Shown here in pieces: positions 28,001 to 35,167 of a DNA stretch of 64,000 nt. A program made the position numbers and the translations under genes. This DNA is from an uncultured Chitinophagales bacterium (lineage in GTDB: Bacteria; Bacteroidota; Ignavibacteria; UBA10030; F1-140-MAGs086), in assembly GCA_964358705.1 (NCBI GenBank), contig CAYHPL010000004.1:62750-126749 (forward strand), written 5' to 3'. Positions within the stretch are counted from its first letter, which is position 1; each line of letters begins with the position of its first letter. Under the pieces are notes generated by a model. It made no database searches. It was not told the origin of the DNA and saw only the letters and a list, made by a program, of their open reading frames with translations.

Positions 28001-28080
28001 TTGAGAGCAAATGAAGCAGATGCAGAAAAGAGCATTGCAGAAAAAAATACAGTACAACGAATGAAGAAAAGAGTTTTCAT
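25009..28080 (-). CDS. Sensor histidine kinase: Reg_prop repeats + Y_Y_Y domain, TM, HisKA_3 (NarX/DesK-type) + HATPase_c
   Basis: The periplasmic architecture matches 20704..23757 (GNLWFGTRGAGIF, GSMWFGTRGGGLYQL; LEIQYTALTYRN..FKYKLEGYDEEW..LPYGDYVFRL). TM segment WWFRSFFAFIFLSGVYGGV. HisKA_3 box ERSRISQDMHDEVGASLSQI. ATPase box VVKDNGIGF. Confidence 0.9.
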   Translation of the reverse strand: MKTLFFIRCTVFFSAMLFSASASFALNPTKSLYKYGIDKWDPPRGFTTYSINAIFQTRDNYLWLATDEGLMRFDGVHFTIYDKTNTPGMRHNDITCLAEDNKGNLWFGTRGAGIFKRTPQGIITVINDSNGLASNKIYTLLFEQENVLYAGTSNGINKLSFDSRDYFSIQAYDKRNVPPDKINLAHRIISDKKGSLWFTGENIYRMSIASEKIDTLHAFSTIRPIALDSVGVLWAGSKEFLYKYEQGKISLFPLASSMKVSYIIALYTDSHGELWAGTEGSGLYRISPDGTLDSLHPSDNLMIDNVACFYEDREGSMWFGTRGGGLYQLKDNSIETFSKEDGLSNDLVYSIFEDSRGEIWIGTARGGINRLFVQREKNGTINLQPKKIMNIVYDERNGLSCPNVRAVCEGSDGSIFVGTYNGFNRFYHEQWEQFVIDTLGFQDIRSVFTDRKGNTWVGSLAAGVGKFEKGNLIRDFFGRKSEILSNVRAICEDSSGNLWVGTQFALHCVTDTGYIKFTEKDGLQGNIVIGIYADAENKIWVSTWGFGIQQYHPNADSNKKFTSITRANGMLDDIISAMAEDDFGNFWFGSFKGIFRVIKEELYAVADGKRARLTNVSYSMQEGMKDFGCNAATQPIVCKTRNGQIWFSTAAGVAIVNPKRLLKEYSPPEIVIEQCIADKDTFSLCNSILTNSGLKQLEIQYTALTYRNIHKIQFKYKLEGYDEEWIDAGTVRKAIYAKLPYGDYVFRLRACNGEGVWNNAGISFPVSIPPLYWETWWFRSFFAFIFLSGVYGGVRFISLRKLQAKLRKLEMQQSLEKERSRISQDMHDEVGASLSQISMLSELTERNLGDVNIVEKNIKRITATAQNVTESLDEIVWFLNPKHDSLQSLVAFVREYLAEYLESSSVNFTFDFPENIPSLNLPPDVRHNVFLVLKESAHNVVEHAQAEKVHITLSVHNNSIKAVVKDNGIGFSKEQISPFSDGLTNMQKRIERINGIYSIASDNNGTIVQFRVHCDGATRIATL

Positions 28081-28188
28081 GTTTTTTTAGATGTAACAGG
28101 TATTCGGGATAAGGAAATAAGTTTTCAACATAATGTGAAATTACAGATATAATTATCGGAATGAAAATTGCTGTTTTTAGTACAAACA

Positions 28189-28221
28189 ATAAAAAAGCGA
28201 TTCCGGAAAATCCAGAACCGC
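28189..28221 (-). terminator. Terminator after the SBBP cargo gene
   Basis: Minus strand: GCGGTTCTGGA-ttt-TCCGGAATCGC (two mismatches) followed by TTTTTT. Confidence 0.6.
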
Positions 28222-28273
28222 TTTCGTGCTGTTGCTTTTTTCCTCTTGTTACAGAGAAAAAAAATCGAGGATT

Positions 28274-30778
28274 TTATTTCATCAACACCATTTTCATGGA
28301 TTTTACAAACGATACGCCGTTTTCTCCGTTTGCATTGAGACGATAAAAATACACACCGCTTGATAAGTAACTTGCATCAAATTGCAATTCGTGCGCACCT
28401 TCTTCCATCAGTTCATTATCCAAAAGCGTTGCCACTTCCTGACCAAGAACATCGTACACTTTCAGAGTTACTAATGATGAATTACTGATACCAAATGACA
28501 ACGTCGTTTGCGGATTGAAGGGGTTGGGATAGTTTTGCAGAAGAGAAAATTCATCCGGATTTTCATCTGATGATGTTATAAAATTCGTTTGCGCCTGTTT
28601 CCAGTTAGGGTTTTTTGCTACGATACCTACTTCATCTGGTGTTTTCACGCCGGAAAGTGTTACCGCATACGGTTTCTTTCCTGTTTTTACGAGAACTGAA
28701 TCTATCAGATAATTATCAAGCGACATAGTTTCATAGAATCCGCTATTTAAAATACTTAACAGATTAGCAAAGTTTCCAAGATTATTATATTCACTATCAG
28801 CGTTTGCACCTCCAATATCAAACTGTGCATACAAAGACATGAGCGAATCAAGATAATCTGCTATTGAGCGTAATGTCATACCTTCCAGTTCCTGACCGAT
28901 TAGAGTAAATGATGTATCGAGAACTAATTCTCCGAAACCGCTGGGTGTAACTCCATTATCGCAGGCAAGTATATTCAATCGCAAAAGAACACCTTGCGCC
29001 CATAGCGGATTATTATAACTTTTTCTTGTCGGTGTTATTGCTTTTGATAATACTTTGGATTTCTTGCCTGCTTTACGTACTGAATCTATCGGATACGATG
29101 ACCCTGTATGGAGGGCTGTATAAAATGCCTGAACAGATGATGCTTTTTTAAAGAGAAGCCAACTTTGTGTTTTAGCTTTTATTTTATCAGTTGTCGGAAT
29201 GCCAAGAAGTGTTGCACCGGCTTTTGGAACACCAGACAAAAAAACTTTTTCCAATACTGTTCCTTCGTTCGGTAATTCTGAAAGAATACCAGATTTTATT
29301 TTTAATTTAACTCCTTTTGAAGAAATAGCATTTATTGACTGTTGTGTAGATGCGCTGAATGTTCGAAACTTTCCCGATGAACCTAATTTAAATATTACTA
29401 AATCATAATCTTCAAAATTCTTGTTTTCCACAGTTATGCCATCAAAAGTTATTGTTTTACCGTAAAAATAACCTATAACAAAATTATTCCCTTTTGTGTC
29501 AACCGCAATACCGCTTAAATAATTACTCTGATTTGTTTGTACGTACTTTACCCATTTCATGCTACCGTTTGAATTATATTTAGCAACAAATATTATATTT
29601 CGATTGTTCGTATTTGTTAGTGATATCGCTCCAAAAATTGTTGTGAAAATATCTAGCTCTCCTGTTAGAAAAACATTCCCTATTGTGTCAACTGCGATGC
29701 TGTTATTAATATTACTATTTGCATAATCAACATAATTAATCCATTTAACATTTCCGGTACTATCGTATTTCATAATAAACATATTCCACTGACCATTATT
29801 TGTTGTTAATGTGGTGGAATCAAAAGTAATGGAATTACTGGCATAATATCCAGTCACATAGCAATTATTATTTAAGTCTATAGCAATATCGCATCCATAA
29901 TCTTCACTCATTCCTCCTCCTCTTTTTGCCCATAGAACATTTCCATCTGTATTAAATTTTACAATAAAAATATCACGAGCTCCGCTGCTATCATTTGTTA
30001 AGGTTTCTAAATTAAATTTGATGGTTGAACTCTCAAAAAATCCGGTTACATAACTATTTCCATCCCCGTCAGCTGCAATACCATTTCCATAATCATCCTT
30101 ATTCCCGCCTGCATTTTTTGCCCAAACAAAGTTACCATTAGAGTCATATTTTGCAATAAAAACATCATAAGTTAATCCAGTAGTATCATTATTTATTAGA
30201 GTTTCTGAGTCAAATGAAATTATTTTGTTGCCGAAAATACCAGTAACATAACTATTTCCACTTTTATCAACGCTGATACTACTACCCCATGCACTACCAT
30301 CACCTAGTGAATTTTTTGCCCATATTACATTCCCGTTAGAATCGTATTTAACTATAAAAACAGAAATGCCAATACCATGAGTTAACGTAGTCGTACCAAA
30401 TTGTATTGTTGGGCTATAGAAATAACCTGTTATATAAATATATCCATTTGCATCAACGGTAATGTCAATCCCTTGATCATCTCCATATCCCATGGAACCC
30501 TTTGCCCACACAACATTGCCGTTTATATCATATTTTGCTATAAATATTTGTATTCCGCTTGCAAAATTCGTTAATGTGATTGTTCCCAATGTAATTGTAG
30601 TGCTCGAAAAAGTACCAATAATGTAACTATTCCCATTTTTATCAACTGCAATACTTTTTCCAATTTCCTGAAGCGTGCCTCCAGCACTTTTCGCCCATTG
30701 CCAATCCGGAGTCTGTGATGAACTTTGAGTATTAAAAAATAAAATAATTATAAATAAAGTGAGAAAAATATGTTTCAT
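28274..30778 (-). CDS. Secreted SBBP-type beta-propeller repeat protein + conserved pre-CTD module + T9SS CTD (834 aa)
   Basis: Signal peptide present. About 9 repeats follow the pattern GNSY(V/I)TG.F.......F......D.FI(A/V)KYDSNGN..WAK. The shared module starts at FRTFSAST. The CTD reads LLQNYPNPFNPQTTLSF...KSMKMVLMK. Confidence 0.85.
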   Translation of the reverse strand: MKHIFLTLFIIILFFNTQSSSQTPDWQWAKSAGGTLQEIGKSIAVDKNGNSYIIGTFSSTTITLGTITLTNFASGIQIFIAKYDINGNVVWAKGSMGYGDDQGIDITVDANGYIYITGYFYSPTIQFGTTTLTHGIGISVFIVKYDSNGNVIWAKNSLGDGSAWGSSISVDKSGNSYVTGIFGNKIISFDSETLINNDTTGLTYDVFIAKYDSNGNFVWAKNAGGNKDDYGNGIAADGDGNSYVTGFFESSTIKFNLETLTNDSSGARDIFIVKFNTDGNVLWAKRGGGMSEDYGCDIAIDLNNNCYVTGYYASNSITFDSTTLTTNNGQWNMFIMKYDSTGNVKWINYVDYANSNINNSIAVDTIGNVFLTGELDIFTTIFGAISLTNTNNRNIIFVAKYNSNGSMKWVKYVQTNQSNYLSGIAVDTKGNNFVIGYFYGKTITFDGITVENKNFEDYDLVIFKLGSSGKFRTFSASTQQSINAISSKGVKLKIKSGILSELPNEGTVLEKVFLSGVPKAGATLLGIPTTDKIKAKTQSWLLFKKASSVQAFYTALHTGSSYPIDSVRKAGKKSKVLSKAITPTRKSYNNPLWAQGVLLRLNILACDNGVTPSGFGELVLDTSFTLIGQELEGMTLRSIADYLDSLMSLYAQFDIGGANADSEYNNLGNFANLLSILNSGFYETMSLDNYLIDSVLVKTGKKPYAVTLSGVKTPDEVGIVAKNPNWKQAQTNFITSSDENPDEFSLLQNYPNPFNPQTTLSFGISNSSLVTLKVYDVLGQEVATLLDNELMEEGAHELQFDASYLSSGVYFYRLNANGENGVSFVKSMKMVLMK
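28553..29368 (-). other. Conserved pre-CTD module, copy in SBBP protein
   Basis: FRTFSASTQQ..KGVKLKIK...QSWLLFKKASSVQAFYTALH..SYPIDSVRKAGKKSKVLSKAITPTRKSYNN...LRLNILACDNGVTPSGFGELVLD...IADYLDSLMSLY. Confidence 0.8.
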
Positions 30779-30820
30779 TGTTCTATTGTTTTTATGTTTT
30801 GGGAAATTAATTTACTATAA

Positions 30821-30862
30821 CGAAAAGATGCTGCGCACCCGATTCGAAAGGCACGCAGCATC
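30821..30862 (-). terminator. Terminator after the FG-GAP cargo gene
   Basis: Minus strand: GATGCTGCG-(18 nt)-CGCAGCATC followed by TTTTCG. Confidence 0.6.
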
Positions 30863-30873
30863 TCGTTTCTATT

Positions 30874-33800
30874 TTATTTCATCAACACCATTTTCATGGA
30901 TTTTACAAACGTCGCGCCGTTTTCTCCCTGCACATTGAGCCGATAAAAATACACGCCGCTTGATAAACGACTTGCATCAAATTGCAATCCATGCGTGCCT
31001 GCTTCCATCAGTTCATTATCCAAAAGCGTTGCTACTTCTTGTCCGAGTACATTGTATATTTTCAACGTTACTAATGACGAATTACTAATACCAAATGACA
31101 ACGTCGTTTGTGGATTGAAGGGATTGGGATAGTTTTGGTCAAGTCGAAATTGCAAAGGACTTGAAAAAATTTCCGTTTCTTCTTTGGGAATTTCTACCAG
31201 TCGTTTAAGGAAACCTATTTCTCCCGCAGAACGCGCTCCTTGCAATTTTACTCCGTATGGATTCTTTTTAACAACAACTTCTACGGAATCAATATCCTGC
31301 AACGTGAGACTGTCATAAAATGCTTCATTGATACCTCGCAGAACGGAATCACTGAACGTATAAAGTTGCTGCCGCGCATCGGTGTTGGTGAATCCTTTTT
31401 TATTAAAGTACGTCATTACAGTATCAAGCAGTTTTCCAATTTCTTTGAGCGTAACACCGCGTAGCTCTCTTCCTGCGAAAGTAAAATCTGCATCGTACAA
31501 AAGGTTGCCAAGCGTTGGCGGTAAAACAGAATCTTCGCTTGCTTCAAGATTGAATTTAAAGAGGAATCCTTGCTCTATTGCAATATTATTATAATTCTTT
31601 CGATTGGGTTTCAATGCTTTTAATAATTTTTTCACTTTGGAATTTCCATTATCATCGCGGGCAACATCAAAAGGAAATGCTAATTCATTTTCATTGGTAT
31701 GTGCTGATGTGTACAATTGTGTCATATCCGATGCTTTTTTATACTCAGCCCATCCATAAAATTTTGCTGAATCAAGACGTTTGATTCCTAATACAAGCGA
31801 ATTTGTTTTTCCGAATTTTTTAAATTGCGCTTCTAATACCGTTACCCAGTTTGGCGCATTCGGTACGCCTGCAATGTATTTTATTTTGCTGGCTTTTCCG
31901 GTTAATGCAATATTTGCTCCGGTTTTTACCGTGCGGAAAAATACCGGGTCATCGGGAAGATTTCCAAAATTGATGCTGGAAATTTCCTGACCGGCATCCA
32001 GAGTTTTATTATACGCACGTTGTCCGTCACCATACGGAGTAACATCTGTACCGGGTTTTGGCGCGCTCTGCTTCCAAAATGTCAGCAGACTTTCTTTAAT
32101 CGTGTACGTTCCTTCCGGAAGATTTGCAATAACAAAACTGCCGTTAATATCTGTTTCCGTCGAATACGATTTCCCACTGTTTACGGCGGTAACGCTCCAG
32201 TTCTTGAGTCCTTTTTCACTTACTGTAAGCAGACTGTCGCCGTTTTTATCGTTGAATATTTTCCCTGAAATTGATTGTACATTTTCATTTAACAAAATAG
32301 AAACGGTATTGGAACTTTGATTCACGACTGCAAAATCAATATCGCGGTCGCTGTCAAAATCGCCATACGAAATAGCAACGGGTTCACTGCCGACAGTAAC
32401 AGTTGTTACAGAATCGAAAGTGAGTTCGCCGCCATTGTACAAAACAGAAATACTGTTTGCACTGGAATTCGCAGTGATAATATCCGTCATTCCATCGCCA
32501 TTCACATCCGCGGTAAAAATAAAGCGCGGACTTGTATTTAAGGAAACTATAACGGTAACGGAATCTGCGCCCGAAAATGTGCCGCCATTGAAATTTTTGT
32601 GAATATAAATTTTATTTTCATTACTTGCGGCAACAAGAACATCAACATATCCATCATTATTCATATCGCCCGTTGCAACAGAAGAGGGACGGCTTCCTGT
32701 ACTAATTATTCCTGACTGCGTAAAGTTTCCCCTTTTTAAATTGCTGACTACTGATACTCTGTTTGAAAGTAAATTAGCAACTGCCAAATCAATACAGCCA
32801 TCATTATTGAAATCATCGGTGGCAATGGAAATCGGAAGCGAACTTACGCTTGTACTATCACCAGCTGAGAATGCAAAATTTCCGTCATTGTGTAAAACGC
32901 GAAGATTTGTTGAGAGGTACAGCGACGTAACAAGGTCCACAAATCCGTCATTATCAAAATCGCCGGCAGTAAGCGCGAACGGGTCTGTTCCTGATATTGT
33001 AGCGACGGGAACAGTTGCTCGTAAAGTAAAAGTACCCGTGCCGGAATTCTCATAAATAGAAACGGTATTACTTCCTGAATTTGCAACGGCAATATCAAGT
33101 ACGTTATCATTATCGAAATCCGCCGCCGCAATGCCCTGTGGACGTGTTCCGGTATTTATTGTTCCGCCAGCAGAAAATTTATTGCTCACGGAATCATAAA
33201 TTAACAATGCAAGTGTATTGGAACTTTGATTTGCTACAATCAGGTCAAGATAATTATCGTTATTGAAATACCCTGCAACCACTGCAACCGGTTTTGTTCC
33301 GCCCGATGAATAATTCGAATCGAGAACAAATATTCCTTTTCCGCCGACTGATTGTGCAGTAAACTTCCAGGAATATCCGCCCAATAATGTATCTCCGTTT
33401 TGCGTAAGAACTTTATTATTCATTACTACGCTAACCTGTTCGCCAAGTGAAAAGTCTTTGGCGGGATTAAATGAAAAAGAATTTGTACTTGCGGACAACG
33501 CTCCTGAAAATTTTCCGGAGAATGAGCCCTGAACAGTTACATTTGATGTATTGATTGAATTCGCATTCATATCATCATCAAATTCTGCTCTGAACGGAGC
33601 GTCTTGTTGCACATTTATTTCTCCGTTTACCGGTGTTGTGTTATCAACTAAATTGACCGGCGTATTGCGTAAAAAATATATGGAATTGGGACCGCCAAGA
33701 ACAACATCAATATCTCCATCGCTATCAAAATCCGCTGAAATTATTGCAAACAGTGAGTCATCAACTACCATTGATTTTTTTGTAAACTCACCATTGCCAT

Positions 33801-35100
33801 CATTGTAAAAAAATGTAACGTTGCTGGAACTCATAAAATGTGAAAAAGCAATATCCATATTCCCATCATTATCAAAATCACCTTTCGTAACCATCTCTGA
33901 TTTTAATGCAATAGCAGAATTGCTATCCGACAAAAAAACTCGGTTTCCTGCATTTCTATGAAACGTATAATTTCCGGAAAATTCATTTGCCAAAATAATA
34001 TCTGCATCTCCATCAGAATCGAAATCCGCAGAGACGGATGATGCGCTTATTTTTGTTGCGGGATATGTTATTTTGTCAACCGGGGCGCTTCCGTTGTTCC
34101 ACACGCCTAATGTAAAATATTGATTAGAGCCAAACATTATATCTGCATCACCATCATTATCAAAATCATTTGTTGCAATGCTGTACGGTCTTGCATCATT
34201 AAATCCTGTTATCGTGTTCGTTACAGCAAACGTACCCAATCCATCATTCGTAAGCACTGATACATTTAAAGCGTCGTGATTTCCCACCACAAGGTCCATA
34301 TCTCCATCGTTATCCCAATCAAGCGATGCAATATTATTAGAAAAACTGCCAACGTTAATTGTATCTGATGGAGTGAACGCTCCGTTTCCATTATTCAGCA
34401 CGACAATAACATTATTTGAAATCTGATTTGCAACAGCAATATCAAGTTTTCCATTATTATCAAAGTCCGCCGCGCAAATTCCCGCGGGCTCTTTACCGAC
34501 CGGAATGGTTGCCATTACAGTAAAATCTTCGTTTCCGTTGTTTTGCAACACCGTTACGGAACTATCCGAAATATTTGAAACAGCAATGTCAATATCGCCA
34601 TCACCATCAAAATCACCGGGCACCAATCGTGAAACAGAGAAATTAAATTTTATTCTCTTGGAGTAATAAAAATCTCCATATCCTTTTGTTGTCGCAATAG
34701 TGAACTTCCAGAAATATCCGGTTGTCAAACTATCGCCATTCGCATTTTTAATTTGTTGCGTAAGTGATACTGAAACATCTTCTCCAGTAACAAAATCGTT
34801 TGCTGGATTAAATGTAACATCGGAATTGCCATTGCTGAAGGCATAAGTTCCGGAATGATGTCCGCTGAGATTGCCTTGCACGACAAACGTACTGTTTGTA
34901 ACCGAAGCAGTATTCAACGCACTGTTAAAGGATACTTGAATATTCGCATTTTTTGCGATGTGTAATGCGTTCATTGTTGGAGTAACAGAGCTCACTGTTA
35001 CCTGCGCATACAATACATTGCTAATGGATTGTATTAAAAAAAGTACGAATGTTGCAGCAAGCAAATTAATACCTGTAACTATTTTGCAAAAAGACTTCAT
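30874..35100 (-). CDS. Secreted Big_5(SbsA-Ig)-like + FG-GAP/VCBS repeat protein + SdrD-B-like domain + conserved pre-CTD module + T9SS CTD (1408 aa)
   Basis: Signal peptide present. Two Ig-like segments (VSSVTPTMNA..., VDNTTPVNGE...). About 20 repeats of the (G/A)DFD.DG..D(I/L) type (GDFDGDGDIDIAVSN, ADFDNNGKLDIAVAN). The SdrD-B-like segment reads ISGKIFNDKNGDS..GLKNWSV..TDINGSFVIANLPEGTYTIKE. The CTD is nearly identical to that of 28274..30778. Confidence 0.85.
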   Translation of the reverse strand: MKSFCKIVTGINLLAATFVLFLIQSISNVLYAQVTVSSVTPTMNALHIAKNANIQVSFNSALNTASVTNSTFVVQGNLSGHHSGTYAFSNGNSDVTFNPANDFVTGEDVSVSLTQQIKNANGDSLTTGYFWKFTIATTKGYGDFYYSKRIKFNFSVSRLVPGDFDGDGDIDIAVSNISDSSVTVLQNNGNEDFTVMATIPVGKEPAGICAADFDNNGKLDIAVANQISNNVIVVLNNGNGAFTPSDTINVGSFSNNIASLDWDNDGDMDLVVGNHDALNVSVLTNDGLGTFAVTNTITGFNDARPYSIATNDFDNDGDADIMFGSNQYFTLGVWNNGSAPVDKITYPATKISASSVSADFDSDGDADIILANEFSGNYTFHRNAGNRVFLSDSNSAIALKSEMVTKGDFDNDGNMDIAFSHFMSSSNVTFFYNDGNGEFTKKSMVVDDSLFAIISADFDSDGDIDVVLGGPNSIYFLRNTPVNLVDNTTPVNGEINVQQDAPFRAEFDDDMNANSINTSNVTVQGSFSGKFSGALSASTNSFSFNPAKDFSLGEQVSVVMNNKVLTQNGDTLLGGYSWKFTAQSVGGKGIFVLDSNYSSGGTKPVAVVAGYFNNDNYLDLIVANQSSNTLALLIYDSVSNKFSAGGTINTGTRPQGIAAADFDNDNVLDIAVANSGSNTVSIYENSGTGTFTLRATVPVATISGTDPFALTAGDFDNDGFVDLVTSLYLSTNLRVLHNDGNFAFSAGDSTSVSSLPISIATDDFNNDGCIDLAVANLLSNRVSVVSNLKRGNFTQSGIISTGSRPSSVATGDMNNDGYVDVLVAASNENKIYIHKNFNGGTFSGADSVTVIVSLNTSPRFIFTADVNGDGMTDIITANSSANSISVLYNGGELTFDSVTTVTVGSEPVAISYGDFDSDRDIDFAVVNQSSNTVSILLNENVQSISGKIFNDKNGDSLLTVSEKGLKNWSVTAVNSGKSYSTETDINGSFVIANLPEGTYTIKESLLTFWKQSAPKPGTDVTPYGDGQRAYNKTLDAGQEISSINFGNLPDDPVFFRTVKTGANIALTGKASKIKYIAGVPNAPNWVTVLEAQFKKFGKTNSLVLGIKRLDSAKFYGWAEYKKASDMTQLYTSAHTNENELAFPFDVARDDNGNSKVKKLLKALKPNRKNYNNIAIEQGFLFKFNLEASEDSVLPPTLGNLLYDADFTFAGRELRGVTLKEIGKLLDTVMTYFNKKGFTNTDARQQLYTFSDSVLRGINEAFYDSLTLQDIDSVEVVVKKNPYGVKLQGARSAGEIGFLKRLVEIPKEETEIFSSPLQFRLDQNYPNPFNPQTTLSFGISNSSLVTLKIYNVLGQEVATLLDNELMEAGTHGLQFDASRLSSGVYFYRLNVQGENGATFVKSMKMVLMK
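31153..31938 (-). other. Conserved pre-CTD module, copy in FG-GAP protein
   Basis: FRTVKTGANIALTGKASKIKY...YGWAEYKKASDMTQLYTSAH...FPFDVARDDNGNSKVKKLLKALKPNRKNYNN...FKFNLEASEDSVLPPTLGNLLYD...IGKLLDTVMTYF. Confidence 0.8.
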
Positions 35101-35167
35101 AGTAATTGTTCTTTCTTTGAATTGTGATTAAATAATGTAAGTAAATAAAAATTGAGATGGCATTGTT

